This document shows, piece after piece, positions 1 to 9,820 of a stretch of DNA of 64,000 bases. Under the pieces are notes generated by a model. The model made no database searches, was not told the DNA's origin, and saw nothing but the letters and a program-made list of their open reading frames with translations. The DNA is from an uncultured Bacilli bacterium. GTDB lineage: Bacteria; Bacillota_I; Bacilli_A; RF39; UBA660. The number at the start of each line of letters is the position of its first letter. Position 1 is the stretch's first letter. The stretch is taken from assembly GCA_947629405.1 (NCBI GenBank), contig CANRDL010000004.1, positions 4,098 through 68,097 on the forward strand, written 5' to 3'. The translations under genes were made by a program, and so were the position numbers.

Positions 1-25
1 TATATTATGAAAGAGAGGATATAAT

Positions 26-235
26 ATGCTTGGAGATATTCTATATATATTACTTGGCCTTGTTGTAGGCTTAATACTTGGTTTTTTAATTGCCAGAACT
101 TTAATGAAAAAATATATGAAAAAAAATCCCCCAATTAATGAAAAAATGATTGAAACATTAATGAGTGGAATGGGTAGAAAACCTTCAAAAAAACAAGTTA
201 ATCAACTTATGAAACAAATGAATAGAATGCAATAA
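26..235 (+). CDS. UPF0154/YneF-like small membrane protein
   Basis: 69 aa. One N-terminal TM helix ([19 protein letters not shown]) followed by a K/M/Q-rich soluble tail, as in the YneF/UPF0154 family. GAGAGGA RBS lies 6 nt upstream of the ATG. Confidence 0.6.
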   Translation: MLGDILYILLGLVVGLILGFLIARTLMKKYMKKNPPINEKMIETLMSGMGRKPSKKQVNQLMKQMNRMQ

Positions 236-341
236 TAAAAACTATAATACATAGTTTTTTTTATTTGCTAAAAATTTTGTCAAATTATTGTAAAAAATAG
301 TAGACAAATGATTATTTTATAATTATAATAAGCTTTAAATT

Positions 342-2672
342 ATGAAAGGAGGAATTAATTTGAACTATAAACTACCGGTTATTCTCCTTCATGGTCTTTT
401 AATTTTACCTTTTCAAGAAGTAAAGATTGAACTAAATAATGAAATTTCTAAGAAAACATTAAATTTGTCTTCTAAAAATTTTGATGACAATGTTTTAGTT
501 GTATGTCCTTTAGATGAAAAAGAAGAAGAACCAGAAATTTCTGATCTTCCTAAAATTGGCGTTATGGGTAAAATAAAAAGTAAAATTGAATTACCTAATG
601 GTCATTTAAAAATAAGAATTACAGGTTTAAAAAGAGTAGAAATTTTAAAATATCAAAATTATAGTAAAGATACTGATATTTTAGAATCAATATGTAAGCC
701 AATTGATTCTATTAAAATGGATTCTTTAGAAGAAACTGCTTATGTTCGAAAATTAAATGATCGTTTTAAAGAATTAATTAATAAATCCTCTAAATTATCT
801 AATAGTTTATTAAATCCCATAAAAAATGTAGATTCATTATCTAAATTAACTGATATGATTGCTTCATTTTTAAATTTAAATTTTGAAAAAAAATCTTCCT
901 TTATAAAGGAAATTGATCCTAAAAATAGAGCCGAAATGTTAATTAATGATATAAATTTTGAAATTAAATTAATTTCTCTTGATGAAAAATTAGATCAGAA
1001 TTTACAAGATGAGATGCTTCATCAACAAACAGAATATTTAATAAAAGAAAAAATTAATGTATTGAAAAAAGAACTTGGTGAAGAAGTTGGCAGTAATGAT
1101 AGTGCTACATATTATTATCAAAAATTAGATACTTTAAAATTAAATAAAAAAACTTATGATAAGATAAAATCAGAAATTAGAAAATTTGAACGAACTCCGG
1201 AAATTTCGCCAGAATCTTCTACAATTCGTTCGTATCTTGAACTTATTTTAAATATGCCTTGGAATAAAGTGACTAAAGATGAAGAAAATATTATTAAAAT
1301 AAAAAAGACTTTAGATTCATCACATTTTGCTTTAGATGATGTAAAGTCTAGAATAATGGAATATATTGCTGTTAAAAAAAGAAATAAATATATTAAAAGT
1401 CCAATAATATGTTTAGTTGGACCTCCAGGCGTTGGAAAAACAACTTTTGCTTCATCAATTGCCATTGCTTTAAAAAGAGAGTTTTATAAGATTAGTGTCG
1501 GAGGCTTAAATGATGTTTCCGAACTAATTGGTCATCGTCGTACATATTTAGGTGCTGCTCCTGGTAAAATTATTACGGCTATTGCTAAGGCTAATTCTTT
1601 AAATCCTGTTATTTTAATTGATGAAGTTGATAAAATTGTAAAAGATTATAAAGGAGATCCGGCTTCAGCTTTATTAGATATATTAGATTCGGAACAAAAT
1701 AAAATATTTACGGATAATTATTTAGAAGAGCCATTTGATTTATCACAAGTTTTCTTTATTTTAACGGCTAATAACATTGATGATATTCCTCCTATATTAA
1801 AAGATAGATTAGAAATTATTGAATTATCATCTTATACAGAATTTGATAAATTATTGATTGCTAAAAATTATTTAATACCTAAAATCTTTGAATCTCATGT
1901 TATTAAAAATGAAATTATATTTAGTGATAATATTATTTTAAAAATAATTGAGTTATACACAAGAGAAGGCGGTGTAAGAGAACTAGAAAGATGTCTAAAT
2001 AAAATTGTTCGAAAAATAATTAGTGAATCATTAATTTCCAAAACTAAAATTAATGTTAAAGTTAAAACTAGTGATTTGACAAAATATTTAGGTTTACCAA
2101 AATATGAAATAAGTAAAATTTTAAAAGATTCTAAAATTGGTAATGTAAATGCTTTAGCTTATTCAGCCTATGGCGGAATGAATGTTATTATTGAAAGTAA
2201 AATCTTAGATGGTGATGGTAAATTTATAATAACAGGTAATGTTAAAAAAATTATGGAGGAAAGTATTACTGTTGCCAAAAGTTATATTAAATCTAATGCT
2301 AATTTTTTTGATATTAAAGAAAATGTTTTTAAAAGTAAAGACATTCATATTCATTGTTTAACCGCATCATTAGAAAAAGAAGGGCCTTCGGCTGGATGTG
2401 CTATAACAACATCTTTACTTAGTACTTTAAAAAATCATGCAATTGATTCTTCCGTTGCTATGACTGGTGAAATTACTTTAAATGGTGATGTATTAAAAAT
2501 AGGTGGTTTAAAAGAAAAATTAATTGGGGCTTACAATCAAAATATTAGTACTATTTATATTCCTTATTCCAATAAAAATGAATTAGAAAATGTTCCCGAT
2601 AAAATAAAGAAAAATATAAAAATAATTCCTGTTAAAAATTATTCAGAAATATATAAAGAACTATTTTCATAA
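342..2672 (+). CDS. lon: ATP-dependent Lon protease
   Basis: 776 aa. Lon N-domain, Walker A GPPGVGKT, Walker B ILIDEVDK, S16 Ser motif GPSAG and Lys in GGLKEK. The ATG at 342 has no RBS. An in-frame TTG at 360 lies 7 nt after AGGAGG and may be the true start. Confidence 0.95.
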   Translation: MKGGINLNYKLPVILLHGLLILPFQEVKIELNNEISKKTLNLSSKNFDDNVLVVCPLDEKEEEPEISDLPKIGVMGKIKSKIELPNGHLKIRITGLKRVEILKYQNYSKDTDILESICKPIDSIKMDSLEETAYVRKLNDRFKELINKSSKLSNSLLNPIKNVDSLSKLTDMIASFLNLNFEKKSSFIKEIDPKNRAEMLINDINFEIKLISLDEKLDQNLQDEMLHQQTEYLIKEKINVLKKELGEEVGSNDSATYYYQKLDTLKLNKKTYDKIKSEIRKFERTPEISPESSTIRSYLELILNMPWNKVTKDEENIIKIKKTLDSSHFALDDVKSRIMEYIAVKKRNKYIKSPIICLVGPPGVGKTTFASSIAIALKREFYKISVGGLNDVSELIGHRRTYLGAAPGKIITAIAKANSLNPVILIDEVDKIVKDYKGDPASALLDILDSEQNKIFTDNYLEEPFDLSQVFFILTANNIDDIPPILKDRLEIIELSSYTEFDKLLIAKNYLIPKIFESHVIKNEIIFSDNIILKIIELYTREGGVRELERCLNKIVRKIISESLISKTKINVKVKTSDLTKYLGLPKYEISKILKDSKIGNVNALAYSAYGGMNVIIESKILDGDGKFIITGNVKKIMEESITVAKSYIKSNANFFDIKENVFKSKDIHIHCLTASLEKEGPSAGCAITTSLLSTLKNHAIDSSVAMTGEITLNGDVLKIGGLKEKLIGAYNQNISTIYIPYSNKNELENVPDKIKKNIKIIPVKNYSEIYKELFS

Positions 2673-2719
2673 ATTAATCAATCCAATCATAAATTATATC
2701 AGAAAGGATTGATTTTTTT

Positions 2720-3424
2720 ATGAATAAAACTATACCATTTACCAATGACATAATATTTAATACTAAAATTGCTAGTATTACAAGTATTTCTCTTGAACAT
2801 GAAGTTTCTATTAATGATCATGAATTAACTGGTAATTTCATTATTGCTGGTGATTATAAAACTCATGAAGTAAGTGTTAATAAAGAGACTTTTAATTATT
2901 CTTTACCATTTTCAGTTGATTTACCAGACGAAGTAATAAAAGATACCATAAATTTTGATATAACAGATTTTACTTATGATGTAATTGGTGATGATACATT
3001 AAGAGTTAATATTGAATTTGAAGTAGAAGCAAAATTAGAAGAAAAAGAAGAAGAGATTATTCCACTTCCTGAAGAAAAAGTTGAACCAATTATTTTAGAT
3101 GATAAAGAAGAAAGAAAAGAAGAAAACATTAATGAAGATAAACAAGAAGTAGAAGTTAATACTGAAGTTATTGATAATGAAGAACAAATAGAAGAAAAAA
3201 ATGAAAGGTTAGATGAAGAAATAAAAGAAAATATTATATCATCTATTAATAACGAAGAAGATACTTATACAACTTATTATGTTCATATTGTTCGTGAAAA
3301 TGAAACAATAGAGTCAATTTGTGAAAAATTAAAAACAACTAAAGACATAATTGAACAATATAACGATCTTACAACTTTATCAATTAATGATAAATTAATA
3401 ATTCCTAAAAATACTGATGAGTAA
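2720..3424 (+). CDS. spoVID: SpoVID-like spore coat morphogenetic protein (N-terminal SpoVID-type domain, E-rich linker, C-terminal LysM)
   Basis: 234 aa. N-terminus (SISLEHEVSINDHELTGNFIIAGDY) resembles the SpoVID N-domain. Acidic E/K-rich middle. C-terminal LysM (YYVHIVRENETIESICEKL...LSINDKLIIP). Followed by a ysxE-like gene, as in B. subtilis. Confidence 0.6.
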   Translation: MNKTIPFTNDIIFNTKIASITSISLEHEVSINDHELTGNFIIAGDYKTHEVSVNKETFNYSLPFSVDLPDEVIKDTINFDITDFTYDVIGDDTLRVNIEFEVEAKLEEKEEEIIPLPEEKVEPIILDDKEERKEENINEDKQEVEVNTEVIDNEEQIEEKNERLDEEIKENIISSINNEEDTYTTYYVHIVRENETIESICEKLKTTKDIIEQYNDLTTLSINDKLIIPKNTDE

Positions 3425-4316
3425 AACTTTAGAAATAATCAAAAAAGCTTATAAACCATATAGATATACTTATATAAATAATGCAACATTAATTGATACA
3501 TCACAAGGAAAATATGTTGTAAAAAATAAGGGTAAACAAAATATAAAAAAACTATATGAATATCTTCATTCAAGAAATTTTATTAATTTTGCTCCTTTAG
3601 TTGAAAATAATAGAGATGATTTAGAAATTTTTAAATACATTGAAGATATAAAGATATCTAATGATCAAAGAGCATTTGATTTAATTGATATAGTATCTTC
3701 TTTACATAATAAAACATCTTATTTTAAAGATGTTTCAAATGATACATATCAAAGTATTTATGATAATATCTTAAATAATATAAATTATTTGGATAATTAT
3801 TATGATAAATTATATGATGATATTTTTAATGAAGTTTTTATGGCACCCAGTCATTATTTAATAATTAGAAATTATACTTATTTAAAAAATGCTTTAAATT
3901 ATTCTAAAACCACTTTAGATGAATGGTGGGATATAGTAAGTAATGAAGATAAACAGCGAGTTAGTTTAATTCATAATAATTTAAAAACAGAACACTTACT
4001 GGAAAATGAAATGCCTTATTTAATTAGTTGGGAACAATCAAAAATTGATAGTCCGGTTTTAGATTTAATAAAATTTTATCAAAATGAATATTTTGATTTA
4101 AATTTTGAGGAATTATTAAAAAGATATTTACAAAAATATCCTCTTTCTAAAAATGAATTAAAATTATTTTTTACCGTTATTTCAATACCTCCTAAAATTG
4201 AATTTGAAAGTAGCGAAATTAAATCTTGTCAAAATGTAAGAGAAGGTCTTGATTATGTATTTAAAACAGAAAAATTAATAAGGCCATATAATTCGGAAGA
4301 GGAAAAAAAGCAATAA
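3417..4316 (+). CDS. ysxE: CotS/YsxE-family spore coat protein (aminoglycoside-phosphotransferase/kinase-like fold)
   Basis: 299 aa. Overlaps the spoVID-like stop by 8 nt. Has an H-x-N-type catalytic-loop-like segment (LIHNNLKTEHLL). Position downstream of spoVID matches the B. subtilis spoVID-ysxE pair. Confidence 0.5.
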   Translation: MSKTLEIIKKAYKPYRYTYINNATLIDTSQGKYVVKNKGKQNIKKLYEYLHSRNFINFAPLVENNRDDLEIFKYIEDIKISNDQRAFDLIDIVSSLHNKTSYFKDVSNDTYQSIYDNILNNINYLDNYYDKLYDDIFNEVFMAPSHYLIIRNYTYLKNALNYSKTTLDEWWDIVSNEDKQRVSLIHNNLKTEHLLENEMPYLISWEQSKIDSPVLDLIKFYQNEYFDLNFEELLKRYLQKYPLSKNELKLFFTVISIPPKIEFESSEIKSCQNVREGLDYVFKTEKLIRPYNSEEEKKQ

Positions 4317-4460
4317 AGCAACTTCAATAAGTAATATAAAAATATTAAATCTAAGGGGTAAAATTAAAGTTATTAAAACTTGATAAAATATTAAAATTAA
4401 AAGACCAATAATTGCAAATACACCAAATATTGATGGACCTCTACCTCTTTTTGGACACAT
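4275..4460 (-). CDS. Small very hydrophobic protein (2 predicted TM), function unknown
   Basis: 61 aa. Good SD on the minus strand (AGGTGAT then 3 nt then ATG). The 3' end overlaps the convergent ysxE-like gene by about 40 nt. No recognisable family. Confidence 0.35.
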   Translation of the reverse strand: MCPKRGRGPSIFGVFAIIGLLILIFYQVLITLILPLRFNIFILLIEVALLLFFLFRIIWPY

Positions 4461-4529
4461 AATATCACCTGTAATATTTTATGAAAATAAAATTTTATTG
4501 TTATACTTTATTTATAAATAATTTTATTA

Positions 4530-4554
4530 AAAAGTCCATTATGGACTTTTTTTT
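4530..4554 (+). terminator. Rho-independent terminator-like hairpin
   Basis: AAAAGTCCA-tta-TGGACTTTT followed by a T-run. Lies between the ysxE region and the prepilin operon. Confidence 0.55.
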
Positions 4555-4599
4555 CATACTTATAAATGCTATAATTTATTATAATAGGAGAAATAAAAA

Positions 4600-5808
4600 A
4601 TGAATAAAAAAGGATTTGTCGCTTCATCAATTTTATATTCTTTTTTGATAGTGTTTGTTGCTTTAATTATGACAATTATAGCAAATTATGCTTATAATCG
4701 CGTATTGATGAATAGAATATCTGATGATATAAAAAAAGAAGTGGAAACTACTAATGATAATGATATTTCCGGAGCTATTGCTCCCGAAATAGGGGCTAGA
4801 TTTACTCCAATTACCTATGTTGATAATCACTGGATTGTAGCAAATTCTAATAATAAAAATGCTACTTGGTATAATTATCGAGATAAGAAATGGGCTAATG
4901 CTGTTTTAACTAGTGAACTTGATAAAAATATAACTGAAGGTTCAGTAATTTCTGATGAAACAGTTGAAAACTATGGATATGTATGGATTCCTAGATTTAG
5001 ATATCAAATATTTTCTAGTGTAGATGGCAATTGTATTCCTCATAATGATGAAGGTCAAGAACTAACATCTATTCCGAATATAAATGTTATTTTTGAACCC
5101 GAAGAAGGGGCATCAGGGTCACAAGGAGAAGCAATTAATACATATCGAGTTCCAAGTGCCTTTACTTATTATAAAACAGATAATGGTGTAAAAAGTCCAG
5201 TTTTTACTAAGGGATTTTGGATTAAAAAATACCCAGAATATAAATCAGCTTCTGAATATAAATTATTTGATTTTTCAAGCGACCAAGAAATTATTTTCTA
5301 TGCTGGTATTCTATTGCAAAGAAGTAACCATATAATTAGGAACTCTCAATGGGGTGCTGTAGCTTATTTAGCATATAGTAAATATGGATTAGGAACTGAT
5401 ACTGCCGATTCAACTACAGGAAATGAAACTGGAGTATATTATATGAATCATTTTAATAATATAGAAAATCCTAATTATTCAAGAAAAACTGGTGAACTAA
5501 CTGTATATACAAAAACTAGTGATTCGAGTTTTTATGATAAAAGTATATTTCCCATTGATAAAATGCCATTAAATTGGAACCTTGGAGATAATAGTGGTGA
5601 TGCTATGTGTGAAACAAATATAAAATATATATCTTGGAATTTTACTGCTGAGGAAGATGCTACATCAACAATTGATAACTATTTTTTTATTAGAGGATAT
5701 AATTCTAGCAATGATTATAATAATGGTATATTTACTTTTCAAAATATAACACCAAATGATATTAGTGATTATTATGTAAGAGATGTTTATGAAAATATTT
5801 TAAATTAA
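4600..5808 (+). CDS. Large prepilin-like protein (N-terminal KKG|F hydrophobic pilin-type helix, no Glu5) with about 360-aa C-terminal domain
   Basis: 402 aa. N-terminus is MNKKGFVASSILYSFLIVFVALIMTII. AGGAG RBS. First gene of a three-gene pilin-like operon. An extended -10 (TGCTATAAT, 4567-4575) lies upstream. Confidence 0.6.
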   Translation: MNKKGFVASSILYSFLIVFVALIMTIIANYAYNRVLMNRISDDIKKEVETTNDNDISGAIAPEIGARFTPITYVDNHWIVANSNNKNATWYNYRDKKWANAVLTSELDKNITEGSVISDETVENYGYVWIPRFRYQIFSSVDGNCIPHNDEGQELTSIPNINVIFEPEEGASGSQGEAINTYRVPSAFTYYKTDNGVKSPVFTKGFWIKKYPEYKSASEYKLFDFSSDQEIIFYAGILLQRSNHIIRNSQWGAVAYLAYSKYGLGTDTADSTTGNETGVYYMNHFNNIENPNYSRKTGELTVYTKTSDSSFYDKSIFPIDKMPLNWNLGDNSGDAMCETNIKYISWNFTAEEDATSTIDNYFFIRGYNSSNDYNNGIFTFQNITPNDISDYYVRDVYENILN

Positions 5809-5818
5809 GGAGGTAATT

Positions 5819-7309
5819 ATGCAAAATAAAAGAGGCTTTGTTTTCGTGGAAACAATTGTCGTTATTTCTGTTGTATCAATTGCTTTAATTTCTTTATTTA
5901 CATTATTTTATAGTGTATATAATGAAGAACAAAAAAGGTTAAGTTTTGATAATGTAGAAGATTTATATGCTACTTATTTTGTAAAAAAATATTTAGAAGA
6001 AAATAACATAAATAGATGTTTTATTAATTATAATAGTGATGATTTATTTAAAGAAATTAATATGGATTTAAATAATACAGTCACATATACTATTGAGTTA
6101 AGACTTGATGGTCACTCTGGACCATTAACATTTGGGCCTAATAGTTTTTCAGATGGCTCAATTAAAACTGTTTCAATTGCTTATAATATGAATGCTCCAG
6201 TTTTAACATATACTGAGACAGGTAAAGATATTCAAATTTGTTCTTTAGGTACTTGTATTGATGGTAGTGATTCTGTAATGCTGCAATCTTCTTTTCAAAG
6301 GATAAAAAATGGAAACCATTATGATTATATTCAACCATTAACTTTTACCATAACTGTTTCTTCATCAGATAAATGTACTATTCTTCATGACAATGATAAA
6401 ACTAATGGTGAATCTTTTAATACAATGAAAGATAAATTTAATATAAAAAATTTATATCTTGTTACAGGAGATATAACTAATTTAAAATTAAATAAAGCAA
6501 AAAACTTATTAAGTGCTAATGTAATTGATTATATTAAAACCATGTCTAAAAATAGTTCTGGATATTATTTAGTTTCCGAATTTGAAAATAATAATGTAGC
6601 AAGTGTCAAACTAACAACAGATATTAGTAATACAACCGCATTCTCCATACTTTCTGCTAATGATAGTTTAATGAATGCTACTAATACTAATAATGACGGA
6701 ATAACATATGTTCATGGGAATAATCAAAATAATTATGTAAATTTTGCTAATAAATCTTGGCGAATATTAAGAATTAATGAAGATGGTAGTATAAGATTAA
6801 TTTTAGATAAAAAATTAAAACCAATAAAATATGATAAAATTGATGATGAATTAAATACTTTTTATAATAAGTTATCTTCATATAGTGACTATATAGTTTT
6901 ATCAAATTATTGTGAAGATAATTGTAATGATAATAAATGTAATAATATTACCACTAACAATTTTTCATTTGCATGTGATAATTTAGCTTATTATGGTCAA
7001 GCTTCATGGAATGAGATTATGTCTACTTCAAGTAGTTTAGGAAATATTAAAGGACAATCCAGATATCAAAGTTTTCTTTCAGACTTTAATGATAATTTTT
7101 GGATTGGAGCAAAATCAAATAAAGTACCATATTATGTTACACCAAGTTCTGATAACTCAGCTGGTATAAATTATTCTTATATTTATGGTCCCAATATTCC
7201 TATTAATAGTACAACTGCTTATATAAGACCGGTAATAAGTATTAAAGGTAGTGTGGTATTAACTGGTAATGGAAGTAGTAAAAATCCATATCAAATTAAA
7301 AAGGAATAA
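5819..7309 (+). CDS. Large type IV prepilin-type protein (class III signal G|FVFVE) with about 460-aa C-terminal domain
   Basis: 496 aa. MQNKRG|FVFVETIVVISVV is the canonical prepilin cleavage/methylation motif with Glu at +5. AAGGAGG RBS. Contains a Cys-rich segment (YCEDNCNDNKCNN...FACDN). Confidence 0.7.
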   Translation: MQNKRGFVFVETIVVISVVSIALISLFTLFYSVYNEEQKRLSFDNVEDLYATYFVKKYLEENNINRCFINYNSDDLFKEINMDLNNTVTYTIELRLDGHSGPLTFGPNSFSDGSIKTVSIAYNMNAPVLTYTETGKDIQICSLGTCIDGSDSVMLQSSFQRIKNGNHYDYIQPLTFTITVSSSDKCTILHDNDKTNGESFNTMKDKFNIKNLYLVTGDITNLKLNKAKNLLSANVIDYIKTMSKNSSGYYLVSEFENNNVASVKLTTDISNTTAFSILSANDSLMNATNTNNDGITYVHGNNQNNYVNFANKSWRILRINEDGSIRLILDKKLKPIKYDKIDDELNTFYNKLSSYSDYIVLSNYCEDNCNDNKCNNITTNNFSFACDNLAYYGQASWNEIMSTSSSLGNIKGQSRYQSFLSDFNDNFWIGAKSNKVPYYVTPSSDNSAGINYSYIYGPNIPINSTTAYIRPVISIKGSVVLTGNGSSKNPYQIKKE

Positions 7310-7323
7310 TTAGGAGGTTAATA

Positions 7324-7788
7324 ATGAAATTAGGGAAAAAAGGACTAACTCTTATTGAATTAATAGTAACTATAACATTAATATCATTACTTCTTTTATT
7401 CTTATTTAAAATATTAAATACTGTTAATGGAGAAGATAAGTTAGATGACAAAGATATAGAATTAATTTCCATAAAATCAAGTGTTACCAAAAACTTAGAA
7501 AAAATATTTATTGACAAAGAAATTGTATATCAGGAGGATGCCGAGAAATATTATACAGTTGATACAGTTGATAAAAATAAAATTACTATTTATTATGAAA
7601 CTACTGCTAGTGATAACAATAAAGAAACATATACTTTACCAAAGGGGTATTATTTTGGCTCAGTTACAAAATTTAGTGAGAATTATGTTTATTCTATTGA
7701 AATTCCAATTATACATGGTAAAGGAAGTAAAGAAGAAACATTAGATGATCGATATACCATTAAATTATATTATTATGGAAAAAGTTAA
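7324..7788 (+). CDS. Type IV prepilin-type / ComGC-like pseudopilin
   Basis: 154 aa. MKLGKKG|LTLIELIVTITLISLL is the canonical G|xTLIE prepilin motif. TAGGAGG RBS. Confidence 0.75.
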   Translation: MKLGKKGLTLIELIVTITLISLLLLFLFKILNTVNGEDKLDDKDIELISIKSSVTKNLEKIFIDKEIVYQEDAEKYYTVDTVDKNKITIYYETTASDNNKETYTLPKGYYFGSVTKFSENYVYSIEIPIIHGKGSKEETLDDRYTIKLYYYGKS

Positions 7789-8706
7789 AATGGCAAATAC
7801 TACATGTATAAATCGAGATAAGATAAAGTATTTTAAAGAAATATTTTCTTCATTTAAAATACTTTTTATTTGAAAAATTATACAAATACCTGAAAATGAT
7901 AAAAAAGTAATGGCTAAAATTTCTTTTAAATATAAGGAAATATTTAAAGTTTGTAAATTAAATAATCCATTGCTCATTTCTAGTAATCCACTTATTAATA
8001 CTTTAAAAAAATTATTTGTAGGAATTAGTTGAATAATAATATTAGACAATATAGAAAATATAATCATACTCGAAAATATTAATAACATTGTTTTAATAGC
8101 ATCAAAAATTATAGAAGTTAAAATTTCATTTAATTTTTTAGTTTTTTGATTAATATTTGTTAAAATATTTTTAAAATTTAATTTATTATTTTTATTACAT
8201 TTATTAAAATTACGAAAGATAAGTCCGATAAAAATATTAGATACATACAAGCTAAAAATAATTTTTAAGACAATATTTAAGTCTCTAAAAATAGGAAAGG
8301 TAGAATTAATAATAAATATGGGATTAGCAAAAAAAGAAAAACATAATATTTTTTCCGCATCTTTTTTAGTAATATAATTATCTTTAACAAGTTGAATTGT
8401 ATATTTAGCATTTGATGGACTTCCCGTTAAAAGAGACATAATAAATATATATGCTGTTTTTGGATTAATTTTAAATATATGATAAAATGGATAAGAAAAA
8501 AAATAAGAAAGTATTTCTACAAAGCCATAATTTATGAGTATAGATGATAATATAAACATAGGAAAAAGAGAGGGAAAAACTTGAGTAATAAATAATTTAG
8601 ATGTATTTATTATATTTTTTTTAATAAGAAAATTACTCTTAATAAGAAAAAATAATATAATTAATAATAGTAAAATAATAGTTAAATTTTTAATATTTTT
8701 TTTCAT
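7765..8706 (-). CDS. ylbJ: YlbJ-like sporulation integral membrane protein (nucleoside-recognition/Gate-type domain)
   Basis: 313 aa, polytopic. The FPSLFPMFILSSIL...LLTGSPSNAKYT segment resembles YlbJ. Divergent from a ylbL-like gene, as in the B. subtilis ylb region. Confidence 0.55.
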   Translation of the reverse strand: MKKNIKNLTIILLLLIILFFLIKSNFLIKKNIINTSKLFITQVFPSLFPMFILSSILINYGFVEILSYFFSYPFYHIFKINPKTAYIFIMSLLTGSPSNAKYTIQLVKDNYITKKDAEKILCFSFFANPIFIINSTFPIFRDLNIVLKIIFSLYVSNIFIGLIFRNFNKCNKNNKLNFKNILTNINQKTKKLNEILTSIIFDAIKTMLLIFSSMIIFSILSNIIIQLIPTNNFFKVLISGLLEMSNGLFNLQTLNISLYLKEILAITFLSFSGICIIFQIKSILNEENISLKYFILSRFIHVVFAILTFSIII

Positions 8707-8748
8707 ATTTTCTCCAATATTTGTTATAATTTAATAGGGTGGTAATGT

Positions 8749-9756
8749 ATGTTTAATAAAATATATGAAAAAATAAAGAAATTTATAAAAGCAAATAAAA
8801 TATTACTCATTATAATCTTAGTAATATTAATATTATTTTATATTAAACTTCCGTATGTTATATATGCACCGGGTGGTACAATAAATATAGCCAATCGAGT
8901 TACTGTTGATGGTAAAAAGGAAAAAACTAAAGGAAAATTACAACTTTCTTATGTGAGTATGTTCAATGGTTCACCGGCTTTTGTTTTATCGTCTTTTGTA
9001 GTTCCTAATTGGGATCTTGCTAAGAAAGCTGATATAACTTATGAAGATGAAACAATGGATGATATGATAAAAAGAGATAAATTATATTTAAAACAATCTC
9101 AAGATAATGCTACCATTGCCGCTTTTACTCAAGCAAAGAAAAAAATTGAAATTAAACAAGTTCATAACAAAATAGTTTATATTACTAAAAAAAGTGATAC
9201 AAACTTAAAAATTGGCGATGAAATTATTAAAGTTAATGGTAAAAAGATAAAATCATTAGATGAACTTAAACAAATGATTACAAATAGTAAAATAAATACA
9301 AAATTTAATTTTGTTATTAAAAGAAATAACCAAGAAAAAAATGCCTATGCTGTTGTTAAAAAAATTAATAAAGAAAAAGTACTTGGAATATCTTTTTTAA
9401 GCACTTATGATTACACTACGAGTCCTAAAATAAAAATTATGAGTAAAGATAGTGAATCTGGAGCATCTGGTGGATTAATGTTATCTTTAAGTATTTATAA
9501 TAAAATTACTAACAAAGATATAATCAAAGGTCGTAATATAGTTGGTACAGGTACTATTGATGTAGATGGAAAAGTTGGCGAAATAGACGGTGTTAAATAT
9601 AAAGTTATTGGAGCAGCTAGAAATAAAGCCGATATTTTCTTAGTTCCAGTGGCTAATTATAAAGAGGCTAAAAAAACAATTGATAAATATAATTATAAAA
9701 TAAAACTTGTAAAAGTTAGAACTTTAAAAGAAGCTATTAATTATTTAAATAAATAA
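8749..9756 (+). CDS. ylbL: YlbL/SepM-family PDZ plus Lon-like (S16) serine protease
   Basis: 335 aa. N-terminal TM, a PDZ-like segment (GDEIIKVNGKKIKSLDELKQ), and a Lon C-terminal-like Ser motif (GASGGLMLSLSIYN) with a downstream Lys (GVKYKVIGA). Extended -10 TGTTATAAT at 8722-8730. Confidence 0.7.
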   Translation: MFNKIYEKIKKFIKANKILLIIILVILILFYIKLPYVIYAPGGTINIANRVTVDGKKEKTKGKLQLSYVSMFNGSPAFVLSSFVVPNWDLAKKADITYEDETMDDMIKRDKLYLKQSQDNATIAAFTQAKKKIEIKQVHNKIVYITKKSDTNLKIGDEIIKVNGKKIKSLDELKQMITNSKINTKFNFVIKRNNQEKNAYAVVKKINKEKVLGISFLSTYDYTTSPKIKIMSKDSESGASGGLMLSLSIYNKITNKDIIKGRNIVGTGTIDVDGKVGEIDGVKYKVIGAARNKADIFLVPVANYKEAKKTIDKYNYKIKLVKVRTLKEAINYLNK

Positions 9757-9820
9757 TATGTTTCGACAAATTCTATCCTTCAATATTTATATAATTAAGT
9801 AAATATTGGAGGATTTTATT

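Noticed and set aside
1154-1465. 103-aa minus-strand ORF inside lon
   Set aside because: It is entirely nested antisense to a strongly supported Lon AAA+ region. It has the I/F/L/S-rich composition typical of antisense frames in AT-rich DNA, no RBS and no recognisable motif.
2675-2719. Hairpin AATCAATCC...GGATTGATT plus T-run after lon as a terminator
   Set aside because: The loop is about 22 nt. The 3' arm overlaps the RBS of the next gene (GAAAGGA), and the T-run is immediately followed by the ATG. It is more likely fortuitous or a weak attenuator, so I did not list it as a feature.
7296-7744. Two track ORFs (7296-7517 minus; 7511-7744 plus) overlapping the small pilin gene
   Set aside because: Both overlap the 7324-7788 ORF. 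That ORF has a TAGGAGG RBS and a canonical G|LTLIE prepilin motif, while the alternatives have neither an RBS nor motifs.
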